Positions 1 to 12,778 of a stretch of DNA of 64,000 nucleotides are shown in pieces. A model generated the notes under the pieces. It did no database searches. It was not told the origin of the DNA and was given only the letters and a program-made list of their open reading frames with translations. Every line of letters starts with the position of its first letter. Position 1 is the first letter of the stretch. The DNA comes from Antedon mediterranea. Taxonomy: Eukaryota; Animalia; Echinodermata. The stretch lies in NCBI RefSeq assembly GCF_964355755.1, contig NC_092672.1, positions 14,880,001-14,944,000 on the forward strand, given 5' to 3'. The translations under genes and the position numbers were made by a program.

Positions 1-250
1 TCAGTCCTACAATTACTGTGTCATCTGCATATTTAAGCAAATAGGTATTCGGGTAATGGGATTTACAATCGTTAGTATAGTACATACAACAGAGGTGATA
101 AACAACAACCTTGAGGAGAACCAACATCTTTGGTAATAACATCAGATAGACCATTAGATACCTTATTAACATGCTGTTCCCTTAAATATAGGAACTTTTA
201 CTAATCCAGGAAATTAATTATAGATTAACCACAAGTTTCTGAATTAAGAA
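1..250 (-). mobile_element. LINE reverse transcriptase fragment
   Basis: Minus strand reads GSPQG ... LLKYADDTVIVGL (RT core motifs); runs off the window edge. Confidence 0.75.
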
Positions 251-369
251 AGACTACTACTAGCCCTACTAACTAGGCCTAGCGGCTAGCCTAGCTAGGC
301 CTATACCTACTAGCCTAGCCAGCCTAGTAGGTAGGCCTAGGCCTATCCTAATAATCAATTTACAATTAC

Positions 370-705
370 CTTGTAAGTTGTAAGTTGTTGGGAGTAGTTC
401 TCGGATTCCTATTTCTCAATTCCTCAATATCAATCAAGAACTGCAATTTCCGCAAATAAATTACAAGTTTGAGCTAAGCCAAACCTAGTGTAGTGGCCTT
501 ATACACTATAGAGCAGCCTATTATACACCCAAGACTCGACTTATGATGGTGGATGTCAAAATGTTCTTATTCTTGTTTCCTTCCACCACTTCCTTTTCCC
601 CTCACACACACACACCACACACAAAATTCGACTTCCGGTCGGTTGGTTTTTGATCATAACTGAATCTGTAGAGGGCGCCTATGGAAAGCCAAACCCGCCA
701 AAAAT
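370..705 (-). promoter_or_regulatory. Possible promoter and first exon of a gene leaving the window to the left
   Basis: Minus-strand donor AAG|GTAATT at ~369; ETS-like ACTTCCGG at 631-638; E2F-like CCCGCCAAAA at 694-703; TAGGCCTA/TAGCCTA cluster at 255-350 just inside the putative intron. Confidence 0.35.
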
Positions 706-1936
706 ACATAATACACACCACCATCCACCAGTAATTCATTATACAAAATTCGAACCATCCAATCTTATTTCATGCAGGTGTTTATTTATGAATCTCTTTG
801 ATTTATTTATGTGATTTTATTTATATTTAGTACAGGAAAGTAGGGTCCTACAGAAAGTTCAGTTATCATTAATGGATCTATTTTTCTCTCCATAGTAACA
901 TAATTATATGCAGGCCTTATTAATACGAATTAAAAACAATCGTTCTAACTAGAGATCCACGTTGCAGAATACTACTATTTCTATAGATCTTGGGACAAAT
1001 TAATTTTAAACATGAATGATATGTTACAACATGACCAATTGTCTTCATTATAGTTTGTGTTGTCGTAGTGTTATGATTGAGAGAAACTGGCTTTAGAATA
1101 CATTGAGTACAAATTGACGGGGTTAGTTGTATTGGACTCATCTATCCTCCAGAGTACTATTCGTACTTGTAAACATTGTGTAAAAATACTTTTTAAAGAA
1201 GCGCTGAATTATGTGATAAAAAAAAAATGGATGGAAAAGTAAACGTCGGTAAACTTGTGGCAGGATTTGTTGTATATGCATATGTTGCGGCACAGTTAAA
1301 TGTGAAACTGATTTTGCTATTAGAAAATGTAAAATGTTTCTCCTGTTTCGCTATTGGAACTTTTTCGCTATTGGTTAGTATATTTCTTTATTTGTAGTAT
1401 TTGCTTATTTATTTTATTCCTTTATATTCTTATATTTTGAGTAGTTCGTTCATTTATCATTGTTCTTCCTTTCAAAATATATTTCTGTGTAGGGACCGAG
1501 ATTTATTAAGAGCTGTAGCCTTTTTGTGATTTGTATGGATTGATTTTGCGGCAGCTGGCTACAGTAGTTTATTTACTTTGTGTTCGAGCTTATTATGCTG
1601 TAATGTCGACGGGTCATGAAAATATTGTCTTTTAATGACGTTATGTTCATTTCTATGTCTTCCGATAATGTTTTTGTCACTATATGTGGACAAATAACAG
1701 ACATTTTGAACTGCACATTTTAGTGGTCTTTATTCCACAAGGTAATATTCGTTTTGTAAGGAGTTGGACATTTATCATCAATAATGTTTATTATCAAACG
1801 TGATGTAACTATATAAAATATGCATTATAAATGTAATCTTTTTCGTAAAAATGTCCTCCTGTCTTGCGCAAAGCTTTTTCAAAAAGCAACGAGAATCGGT
1901 GCAGTCTAGATATTTTGAGTTATTGTAACTTATAAT

Positions 1937-2060
1937 TACCTCCGCCAAGGAAGTTATGTTTCACCCTTGTATGTTTGTGTGTGTGTGTGTGTGTGTGTGT
2001 CTGTGAACAGCCTGGAGGCCACAGTTTTTATCCGATTCTCACGAAATTTGGCAACAAGGA
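1937..2060 (+). mobile_element. Helentron-associated non-autonomous element (HINE/DINE-1-like), 5' end
   Basis: TACCTCCGCCAAGGAAGTTATG head followed by a (GT)n microsatellite. Confidence 0.6.
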
Positions 2061-2850
2061 TCTATGCCCCAAAAGCTCGGACGAGAATACGATTCTATAA
2101 AGCATAGAAATGGGTTTATTATTTATTAAAATATATAAATATGCGAAATAATGTATGCGAATTTAAATGTACTATCAGTAATCCGTGCTCGGCCGCGCGG
2201 TCTTTTCTGCCTTAATATTTACTTTGCATGTATAATAAAAGCGCACACTGATAAAAGTACTTTGACAAATTATCAAAACAAAAACAAATTGTATCAAGCA
2301 TAAAATTCGGAACTATTTTATGGCCATTGATTTTGTTATATACACTATCCCTTCACTTTAAAATATCTGTAAGCTAAAATATGATAATACTGGATATGAA
2401 ACTTTAGACTTTACTTTTGACTCTTCAGATTTTTTTACGAAAATAAAAGACGCTAAACAAAAATTGTGTTGTGAATTAGTTAGATGATGCGCGCAAACAC
2501 TAACGAAAGTATAAAATACCACACTATATTATTTTGGGTGTTTTTCGTGGGGTATTAATTATTTGATACATATACAATAAAAAAAAATGGACATAAATCG
2601 AATGAAACACATTGCTGCGGAACACGAATTGTTAAGTTGTTTTCATGTTCAACAATGTATCAAACCATATCGCCGGCCCGCCTGGGGATGATTGTATTAT
2701 CATAAAGCGCAATATATATGGATGGACTTGTGTGAATATTAATCTAGGATGTGCTTAAGAAAGTGACGTCTGTTAATATAAATCAGCAGATTAAAACATT
2801 TAATGATAAAATATAAATATGAATTAAGTTATAGAATTAAGATATGAGTA

Positions 2851-3560
2851 CAGGGGCGGTCGCAGAACTATTTAAGGGGATTGCCCAGTCTTCAGAGGGC
2901 CGTAGATTATTTGCGCCACAGGCCCCACCCTAGATGGCCGGAAATGTACGCTCGCACGTAAAATTCACGATAAATAGAAATGACACTCTATATCATAGCA
3001 AACAGATCGTATCACGCCTGTTATTTACGCTGGTAAACACAAGCGAAAAACAATAGGATAACATTTTTTGGTAGGTACTTCCGGTAATTTAATAAATTCT
3101 AGAAATTAAAATCAATGAATACAAATTAATTATTATCAATCAATAATTAAAACAATTTTGAAAAAAATGTGAAGCTCAGTGAAAAAAATATTATTTTGAA
3201 ATAAATGCTACATCAAGTCAGTAAATTTTCATTTATCTACGATAAACTGGGTAGGCCTACAACCACTATCGAAATTTGCAGAAAGAAGCAATCAAACACT
3301 GTTTTTTCAAAGTTCGGAACGTCCGTAATTATTAAATATTACGGAAATTCGCCCAAATATTACGGACGTAAGGAAACGAAGATACATTGGCCTATACTAT
3401 AGTCTTTTCCAACCCTGGACTTCTATAACGTTAATAATAGTTAATATATAATATGATGAAATGGTATCTAAATTTCAATTTTGTGGCAGAAAAAAACATT
3501 TAGTATGAAATTAAGGGTGTTGCTCGGGCAACTGGGAAATAGGCCTACCCCTGCGTTCGC
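2851..3560 (+). mobile_element. Non-autonomous DNA transposon (CAGGGGCGG terminus, hAT-like), family copy 1
   Basis: Starts CAGGGGCGG; internal blocks match the reverse complement of 29988-31045. Confidence 0.6.
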
Positions 3561-3739
3561 AATAATAAAACGGACTTTAAAATCAACACAAAAAGTGCAC
3601 TCTCGAAAAACTGTGTACATGAGGTTATTATTATCAAATAATGTGCATGCATGAGCGATTTTCAATTGATCAATTGCGTTGATTCCTCCCCAACTAATAA
3701 ACTTTGATTATTATTAGCATGACCCCAAATTGACGGCGG

Positions 3740-3822
3740 AATTAAGTGTGTGACTTTGTGTGTCGTCGTCGCCGTGACAACAGTCAGTGAGTTTAGGGGG
3801 GATGATACAACAAGTACGGACG
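3740..3822 (+). other. Putative non-coding first exon of the centrin-like gene
   Basis: Locally GC-richer; strong donor CG|GTGAGT at 3823; followed by a TAGGCCTA-rich tract; next acceptor at 6238-6239. Start is approximate. Confidence 0.45.
3768..3781. promoter_or_regulatory. RFX X-box-like motif
   Basis: GTCGCCGTGACAAC resembles the X-box GTNNCC-AT-RRNAAC with one spacer mismatch; sits at the putative start of a centrin-type gene. Confidence 0.4.
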
Positions 3823-3989
3823 GTGAGTATCCCAGTATCAGTCAGTGGATCCGTATCAGTACCCTACCTAGCTAGGCTAGGTTTATCTTTAAAAAAAGCA
3901 GTTAGGCCTAGCGAGTATATATGCTAGCAGGCCTACTTCTACTACTACTAAATAATCTAGCGTAGCCTAAAGGGCCTAGAATGGGTCCT

Positions 3990-4915
3990 CCTGATTGACA
4001 GACGATCGGGGCCAAAGACGATCAGGGCCAGACGATCGGGATTTTTAAGACGATCGGGTACAAACTCGTGCGGACGTTCGGGGCTAACTTTAATGTGGAC
4101 GTTCGGGCTCAACGATGAGTTGCGTTAAGTTGACAGATTCAACGATTTGACAGGAAAAGGGGGTAAAAATTAACGTTTAAAATTGTTAAAATCTTCAAAC
4201 GTTAAAGTTGAACAGAGTTCTGATATTTAAAAAAAAACAAGTGTACCGTATACTATTGTCAAATTAAATTATAATATTAAACCAATTAAATTTAAATGTT
4301 TGTCTTTAGTGTAAGCCTATTAAGATACCAACGAAAGCATGTCCTAGGCTGGGTTGAAGCATAAAAACCTGTAACTTTTTCAATTTTCACGCGGACCCGG
4401 CTGTGGCCGGCCTTAGTTTTGCAACACTTCACGTCTGCATGTCGCAGCAACGCTCGAGAGAACCAAGAAACTATGAACGATCGCGTGAAAATGTGTAAAT
4501 ATTAGCGGTCCGACTCGATCATCGTCATCGCTATTTTATTTTCAACGATTTTAAACTCAACGCAACTTAACGTCAACAGGAAAACAGGCTTTACTATGGT
4601 GGCATGGACAATCAGGCCAATAGAATTAGACGATCGGCCCATTAATCATTATAAAAATAAAGGAAAGAAGAACACGAAAACGAATGAATTTATAGGCCTA
4701 ATTGTTCACCAATGGCATAAAATAAATTAAGGGTGTTCTTTCCACAAGTTTGTGATACAAATGTAATAAACTGTGTAAATGTACATTTCGATACTCATTT
4801 ATTTGTTTTGCCGAGAACTCAATTATAAACTATAATGGAAAATGGATTTACAAACGCTATCGGGCCCAACTTTGTGGACGTTCGGACCCAACGCCTAAGA
4901 CGATTGGGCCAAACA
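3990..4915. repeat. Transposon-like element with dispersed GACGATCGGG/GACGTTCGG subrepeats
   Basis: Motif recurs several times at 4000-4110, and at 4630 and 4855-4910. Confidence 0.45.
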
Positions 4916-4919
4916 TAGC

Positions 4920-5525
4920 AGCAAAAAGTAATTACACAATCTTTCCCAAAATGAAAATACAGATAGATATGTGTTCAAGGACCACTCCATTAAATTTTGG
5001 AGGCCATTCGGACCACGGTCCTAATTCTGGATCACTTTTTAGAATTATTTTCAGACCTGCTAGTGTTAAAAGATAGGACAGAATTTTCAAAAGCCGGTGA
5101 GCAGTCTCAAGTAACAAGTAAATTAAAATTGCATTTTCTCAAGAACTACAGTACTTGTCCAAAAAACTTCATTTTTGTTCAAGAGGCAAGAGTTATAATT
5201 TGTAGTTTGTAATTTTAAAACATAATTTAATTAGATTTAATGTACACTTTTTTGATGCGAGTAGTTTAAAAAACCCATTTCTTTTCAAATTACATCGTTT
5301 GTTTTTCGCGTTGCTGTTCTATTGTTAGTCAACTGAAGCTATTGTTAGTTCAAAGGCTGGTTACATAACCATTACACCAAACTCGCATACACATGCTTGT
5401 AGTGAAATTAGCCTAAATCACACACAGCATTAAGACACACACAATTTTTCAGGAGACTAAATTAAATATGTAGAAGAATTTTACAGTTGGCGGAGGCATG
5501 CACTCTCGGAGTGGCTTTCTAGTTT
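4920..5525 (+). mobile_element. Helentron-associated element family B, 5'-truncated
   Basis: 3' end TTGGCGGAGG subTIR + GCACTCTCGGAGTG hairpin + TTTCTAGTT; body matches 10490-10590 and the reverse complement of 52135-53600. Confidence 0.7.
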
Positions 5526-5817
5526 GAATCTATTATAGCTCCTCAGGATGAACTGTGACCCCCAATTTTGTTATCTTATTATGGAAGTGAATAAGTTGTT
5601 GATGTGAATTCATGTAAAATGTTTACCTCTCAGGTGTTGTGATGTATGGCAACACAAATGTAAAATATAGGATATTTGTCTCTTTTGTCATAGCTCATCA
5701 CATTTAATAGAACGCATCTCGCTTCTTTATACCTCAATTTCTCCCAGATTTTTATATTTGTTTGCTCAATCAATTATCTTGTAATTATAGTAGTTACAAT
5801 AGTCTTTTTCTTCATCT

Positions 5818-6070
5818 TTATTAGTTATCCGCTACAGTACAAGCAGATAACTCCTTGTAATCTTCTTGTTTCTTTTTCTGTTTTTAGTTATACGCTAAGT
5901 AGCGGATAACTCCTTGTAACTGTCCTGTTTATCATCTTTTTATTTGGTTATTCGCAACTTTTGTTGCGGATAACCCTTGTGATTGTCAGGAATTTTTTTT
6001 TCCATATTTATTCTTTCTTTCCATGATTTCTGTACGCAGCATATCCCTATTGCTTGTAAACTAACTTTGT
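5818..6070 (+). mobile_element. Tandem Helentron-like heads (GTTATCCGC..GCGGATAAC hairpins)
   Basis: Three degenerate copies of TAGTTATCCGC-loop-GCGGATAACTCCTTGTAA; related heads occur at 58730-59070. Confidence 0.45.
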
Positions 6071-6251
6071 ATTACTTGGTAAAAAGATTGACTTTGAAGT
6101 GCAGATGTGCAGATGCAGATGTGCAGCAAACTTTGTTATATGACATTAGAGTCAAGGAAACTTTTTGAAACTACCAATTTAATTAGTATATTGGCTTTCA
6201 TTTTTGGAAGTAATAAACGTGATGTTTTTTTTTATAAAGAGATGTTAAACA

Positions 6252-6380
6252 ATGCCTAGGACAAGGTTAAAAAAGAAGTCATCTCAGTCTCAAAAGAATG
6301 AAGAGAAGGAAGACCCAATTCCTCCAGCTGCTGAAAGGTTAGAAGCTGTACAAGATCTAAGCAGGTCCAATAAGGAAACT
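6252..6380 (+). CDS. Centrin-like EF-hand protein, coding exon 1 (MPRTRLKKKS...SNKET)
   Basis: ATG at 6252 just after acceptor AG 6238-6239; 43 open codons; donor GTATGT at 6381; phase 0. Confidence 0.75.
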
Positions 6381-6532
6381 GTATGTCACTAACAATAACA
6401 TCATTTTGGCAGTATTATGTATAAAATTTTATAAATATGAAGAACCTAAATTATTCAAAATGAATATGTCATAGAAAGTTTTATAATTATAAGATATTTT
6501 AATTGATAATAATGTGTTTTTACTTATTGTAG

Positions 6533-6681
6533 TTAAATACAATTCTAACAGAAGAAAAGATAGGTGAGGATACAAAGATATTTATGGGTTACAAGGTATC
6601 AAGAACAGTGCTAACTGAGCTGACGCCCCATGAGATCAGGGACCTAAAGAATGTTTTTGAGGTTTTTGCGGATGAAAGCAA
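6533..6681 (+). CDS. Centrin-like EF-hand protein, coding exon 2 (LNTILTEE...ELTPHEIRDLKNVFEVFADES)
   Basis: AG at 6531-6532, donor GTAAGT at 6682; calmodulin/centrin-type first helix; phase 2 end matches the next exon. Confidence 0.85.
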
Positions 6682-8759
6682 GTAAGTTTTTATACTTTAT
6701 ATTCCCATGTATATTAGTGCATTTATTTATTTAGTTTTCAATTCACAGTATTGGCTAAACATTCACTTATCACTAAAGCCTAGTCTACACCGGCAAACTT
6801 GAGCAACCAACTTTCGTTTCATATGAGTTTGCAAACAAAAAGTTGGTAAAGATTGACAGTGTTATACAGTACTTTTAAGCTATTAAACCTATCTGTTGTT
6901 TATCTACAATAATGAACACACTTCACATATTATTTTTTATCAACTTGATCAAGTATTCTTACATGTACTTTGTATAAAGTACAATTATGTACAGTAGGAA
7001 AACATCTGACCAAAACTAAGCGAACTGACTATACGTTATAAAGTAAACGACTTAATATCTTTGAGTATTTGCTTTAATGCTGTTTCTTGCAAGGTCTGGT
7101 TAAAGTTTATATTCCAGTGCCAGTTGTTTTAAGTAGTAGATCAGGATATGTTACTAATTCAGAGTAACTATAGACCTATTGCTGTATTACTGTATTACTA
7201 TTATCCAAGGTTTTTTAATCTGTTACTGCAGTAACTCATTGGAATCTCATTGGAATCTCATTATTATCAATTTGCGTTTAAAGCAAACATTGTAATAATA
7301 CATGAACAGTATCTTGGTTTTGAAACATATAGACTACTACAATGCCCGAGTGGACTGGAATAAAAAAGACATTTTAAAAAGGAGGCACAGGCTGGTAAAT
7401 AGATAAATATTTTTTTTAGTACTTTCAAACTTTCATATAATGCATGAACATTAAAAGAAAAAAACAGACAGTCAATTAAATATAGCCAGCCAAAATTTAA
7501 GAAATAGCAAATAATTTTTTTTGTTTTCAAATTTTTAGTGAATTCATTTTTCTAAATTATATTTTGATTCAATAAAATTGATTAGGTCTTTCACCATAAG
7601 TTACAGTTACACTTGTTGTTAATAAATAATGTTTTAATTCTAACCACAAAGTCGAAAAAATGGCTTAAAAATACATTAAACAAGAAATATTTCTTACAAA
7701 AAACGCTGCTCGCTTATTGACGTAACAGTTTTAAAGATATATTGTCCCTCTGAAAAATATTGTTTATTCAGTCATTTTATTGTCACATAATAGTTATTTT
7801 ACCTGAAAAAATGTAATTAAAAGCAAAAAATACTTCAATTGTCTGTGGTTTTTGAGTTATAATTAAACGTTTCTTTTCTCTTTCTATAATGTGAATTTTG
7901 TTACAGAAGTGAATAACTTTGATATGAAACAGACTCAATTTAGTTTATTTATTGCTAAGGTCAAGTCTGGGGGTCACTTCAAGTGTGAAGTATCATATTA
8001 CAAACAAAAACTTTCATGGACTGTTTTGATAATAATTCAATGATTATCTGACAGCGAAATACAGTATTATCATGGGACTCATAAATACCAGAAATGCAGC
8101 TGCTACCTATAAATTATAGTGGAGTTTCCATTTTAACAAAAATGTCAAAGTGTAGTACTATAACTGCTGCTTGATTTCATCTAATTAATGAGTCATCTCG
8201 TGTGACGTACCGGGCTAGAGCAGCAGCGTGAAAAAATATGACATATTAGTACCCTTAACAATAGACTAAATAGTTTGAATCAACAGCTGCCAATGGAGTA
8301 CATTATTTAAATCACCTTATAGTTATGCTCCCTCAGTTGCTGGTATTTTAAAAGTGTTCTCATGAGAATGATGGTATGTTGATATTGAATAATTTTGGTT
8401 TGTGCGCTTGTAAGCAGCCTCCAACAATCAGCTCTTAAAAATACATATTTATTCTCTGTATTTGATAATTATCCTGTATTGCAAATAGAAGTATTCAAGC
8501 AAGCAAGTCTATGGAAGTTGTCAGTGGAAAGTGTTTTTTATAAAAAAGACCTCAGAAAAGTAGAAATTGAAGGATATTTTGATGACCAAGTGCTAGCCCA
8601 GTGAAAGTGTACAACAATATTGAATACCCTGGCAGAAGCAATCTCAGTGTGAACATGCAACTAGCCTAACACCAGCCTAGCTTGTTCCACTACATGTCTG
8701 ACTAATCATCATTGTTATGCTAATGAGGAGTTCATGCATGAACAGTACTACAACAATAG

Positions 8760-9230
8760 ATGGCTTACAGCCTACTGAAGCTACTGATGTTGTTGTCTTC
8801 TCCAAAAGTATCGAAGAGGCACAACGCGTCCTCGCTAATATTGCGTCAAACGTGTAAACGGTTCGGCCTTGCAGTATCTCTGAAGAAGACAAAAACACAG
8901 GTTTTTGGAAATGAAGTACTCGCAGATCAGAGCTCTCTTGTGAAGATTCATCATGAGAAAATTGAGAATGTTAGAGACTTTGTTTACCTACCTGTAGGAC
9001 ACATTACCAACACAGAAGAATGCTGCTTTACTGAGCGTCGCGCATCATTAGCTAATGCAAAATTTCAAGAAATGAGGAACGTGTTGAAAGACTGTAAAGT
9101 AAATATGTATACCAGAAAGAAAATTATGGAGAGTTGTGTAAGATCAAGATTAGTGTATGCAACACAAGCCTGTTACCCAAAAGAAGCTGAAATAAAGAAA
9201 TTGGAGACATGTTGGTACTATTGTGACCCA
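8760..9230 (+). mobile_element. RTE-like LINE RT C-terminal fragment
   Basis: FGLAVSLKKTK, IENVRDFVYL and VRSRLVYA resemble post-YADD RT/thumb motifs; degenerate. Confidence 0.7.
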
Positions 9231-9470
9231 TGGATCAAATTAAGCAATCTCCTTCATTGCGATCCTAGTCAAGCTAAGAAGCTAACCCAGTCAAGGAAGC
9301 CCTTCAACAGTCGGACCCAGCATATATTTGGATGCTAGAGAAGACTGCCTCTTGGATGCGACTGGCATCAGTGGGAGGAACAAAACTGTACTGTACTGAT
9401 AAGAAATTGTTTTTACTCGTTTCTGTCGCCATATTAAAAACTTCCATAGTATCGTAGGTAATAGCAGGCA

Positions 9471-9837
9471 GTGATTTTTTTTTCATACAAAAGTTGGGGA
9501 CCCCCTGTGTGAAAGATAGCCGAACTACTTTCTAAATATAACCAAACCTAACCCTAATATTTGCTAATAATAATAATAAATAATCTCTCTCACTATAAAG
9601 TAAAAACAAGTTGCTCATGTGATTCGAACCTTATACATAGTATAATCCACTTAACTACACAGAAATTGCTTGACAGAAAGTGTTTGCATTAATAAAGTGT
9701 TTGCATTAGTGAATTGTAGGTAGGTCAATTCTTACGTGACACCTTATGGATATGACTAATAAATATTTATGTATAATTTATGACGTTTCATGAGGGGTCC
9801 CCAACTTATGTACGTCACTTATCACTTTGTATATCAC
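9471..9837. mobile_element. Mutator-like MITE with 9-bp TSD
   Basis: TSD TAGCAGGCA at 9462-9470 and 9838-9846; termini GTGAT...ATCAC; inverted AAGTTGGGGACCCC / GGGGTCCCCAACTT. Confidence 0.75.
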
Positions 9838-9936
9838 TAGCAGGCAACCATGTGGAATATATTTTAATGGCATGACAAAAAGATAGGGGTGGCTGCCACT
9901 CTCATTTTCAGGTTAAGGTTATAAGGTTAGTGAAAT

Positions 9937-10415
9937 ATGGTCTTTATCTGTAAGGAAACAAGTTTACAATTGGCTGATCTTTTTAAGCATTTGTTCACTA
10001 AACTAATGAAGCAAGGAGTTATCCTCCTATCTTGGGGCCTCGCAGACGTTATACCTATATTCAAAAAAGGAAATAAGTCTACACCTTTGAATTATAGACC
10101 AGTGAGCCTGACTTCACTAGTATGTAAAACTATGGAAACATCCATTAGGAATAATATAATGGATTACAGTATATGGAAAGCAACAATTTGTTTTCGTCCT
10201 GGTAGGTCATGTAATACAGCACTACTAGAAGCGATAAATCAGTGCACCAATGGTTAGATGAAGGTTCAAGTTTCAAATGCGTTTTCTTGGACGTTAAAAA
10301 AGCTTTTGATAGCGCTCCACACAAAAGATTAATCAACAAGTTGAAAGCATATGGTATAAAAGGAAACTTAGTGCAGTGGATAGAGGCGTTTTGTACTAAT
10401 AGATCACAAGTAGTT
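9937..10415 (+). mobile_element. CR1-type LINE RT fragment
   Basis: PIFKKGNKSTPLNYRPVSLTSLVCK and FLDVKKAFDSAPHKRLINKL; frameshifted. Confidence 0.85.
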
Positions 10416-10600
10416 GTTTACCTCCGCCAAGGAGGTATATGTAATCGATCGCGTTTGTTTGTGTTTGTTTGTTTGTTTGTTAGCAGGATTACTCAAAAAG
10501 AATATACAGATAGATATGTGGTCAAGGTTCATTCCATTAAATTTTGGGACCATTTCGGACCACGGTTCCAATTCTGGATCATAATGTTGAAGACAGGCCG
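10416..10600 (+). mobile_element. Helentron-associated element family B, 5' part
   Basis: TACCTCCGCCAAGGAGGTAT head, (GTTT)n, GTTAGCAGGATTACTCAAAAAG. Confidence 0.7.
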
Positions 10601-11487
10601 ATTTTCTTTAAAAAATACTATTTTGGTAGATTTAATATACGTTTATACAAATGTATTGATTTGCAATGAATGGAACATTCCAAATTATTTGGTTTAACCA
10701 TACTTGCATACCTCCATGGTTTAACACAAGTAGGTAAATTTATGGACCCTTGGAGAATAAAACAAGAAATATTTCTTACAAAAAACACCGCGTAACTTTT
10801 TGACTGGACAGTTGTAAGAACAGTCTTCATTAATCTAATATAATAGGTCGGCCAATCAAAACGCAAGTGAACAATTGGGACTTTACTAATTGTGATTTAT
10901 GTCATTGGCCTGTCAGCACAGTCGTTTCTTTCTAGAATAAAACGCACAAACTTGTATTGGGAATAATGTATGTGGTTATTACTATCGCATTTAGGTATTG
11001 ATAATAATAATAATATGGCTTTTGAATATATAATTACTGTCTGTAGAATAACATTTATACATTTTCGGTTCGCGATGAAAAGTTATATGAATGGATTTGT
11101 AATAGGTATTTATAATAATAGTATATGGGTTGTATTATTGCTAAGCTATCACCAAATCGCGTTATAACATTATTTCTCAGGGTTTTTTGCACCATTGATC
11201 AATACCAAACGCGTATCGGTATTATAGTTTTAATGAATCATTACATTAATAAAAATACCCAATTAAATCAATCGCGTCAGTCCAATTCCGACTTATGTTT
11301 CGATCACATAGTTCTGTGTCTACACTGTCCCAACTAGTTTAACAAAAAAAGTGTGGTGTGCCCAAATATGGTAGTGATATGCCCGAATATCGTAGTGATA
11401 TGACATCGTCATGTCTATATAATATGGGCACATCATATTTAGTTTAATAGTATAGACAGAGCTTAAGGATTATATTTAAAAAATGTT

Positions 11488-12410
11488 TTCTTACATTTTG
11501 AACGGAAGTATTTATTTGTTTATAAGCCCAATTTTCCAGTCTTAATTTTACATTTTGAAAAAAAGTATCTATTTGTTTATAAGCCCAATTTTCCAGTCTT
11601 AATTTTACATTTTGAAAAAAAAGTATTTTATTTGTTGATAAGCCCAATTGTGCAGTCTTATTTTACATTTTGAACAAAAGTATTTATTTGTTGATAAGCC
11701 CAATTTTGCATTCTTATTTTACATTTTAAATGAAAGTATTTATTTGTTGATAAGTCGAATTTTCCAGTTTAATAATAATGACCCCTTCCACGGTGTACCA
11801 TATACATTTTACATGATATTGACCGTGGGTTCTTTACGCCTCTGATGCATTTGTTTTTATTGTACCTTTTTAATAAATTATTATATGTTTAGGCCTAATC
11901 ACACCCAATTTAATGAAACGGTCAGATTCCGATTTCAATTGAACGAAAGTAGTACTGTATTTATTATTCATTGATAAGCCAAGGGTCCCATGGCGTTAGC
12001 CGATATCTTGAGCATTTGATTCTTGTGTCAACCTGTAACACAAATCATTCTTCAAATTCTAAAGAAAGAACCTCACACGTCTTTTTTGTGAGTGATACAC
12101 TATGGATATGCCCACGGAAATAATATGTGGACATTGCAAACAATCATAGGCCTACAGTAACAAACATAACATGGCTAATAAGCATAACATTCAGACTTGC
12201 TTGTTTTCTAGTGGATTTTTATTTACTTTAGCATGTAGAATAAAACTAGTAACAGTGGCTATATTAATAATTATACTGATTATCCTTGATGTTATCGCGT
12301 CTAATAATAAAATATTTTGTTGTTGATAAGCCCAATTTTTCAGCCTTGATTTTACATTTTGAACGAAAGTATTTATTTGTTGATAAGCCCAATTTTGCAG
12401 TCTTAATAAT
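11488..12410. repeat. ~58-bp tandem repeats in two clusters (11488-11770, 12310-12410)
   Basis: Unit TTTTACATTTTGAACAAAAGTATTTATTTGTTGATAAGCCCAATTTTCCAGTCTTA. Confidence 0.85.
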
Positions 12411-12687
12411 GACCCTTCCACAGTGCATTTTACATGATATTGACCGAGGGTTTTTACGCCTCTATAGCCACTGATCAATACCATAATTAATGTACTTTTT
12501 TAAATGAATATTGAAATGTTTCAACATACCCAATTAAAAAAAACGGTCCATTTTCGAGTTCAATCTTTTGATTAGAGAGGTTGGAGTTTCATTTTGAACG
12601 AAAGTATTTATTTGATTGATAAGCCAAATTTCTAGTCCTAAAGATTTGAGATTCAACGGGTTTTGCTTTCAATTGTATAATAAAAAT

Positions 12688-12720
12688 AATTATATATATA
12701 TATATATATATACTTAATAC

Positions 12721-12768
<48 letters not shown>

Positions 12769-12778
12769 GTATAATTAT
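12688..12778. repeat. (TA)n microsatellites within an AT palindrome
   Basis: ATACTTAATATT-(AT)n-AATATTAAGTAT. Confidence 0.9.
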
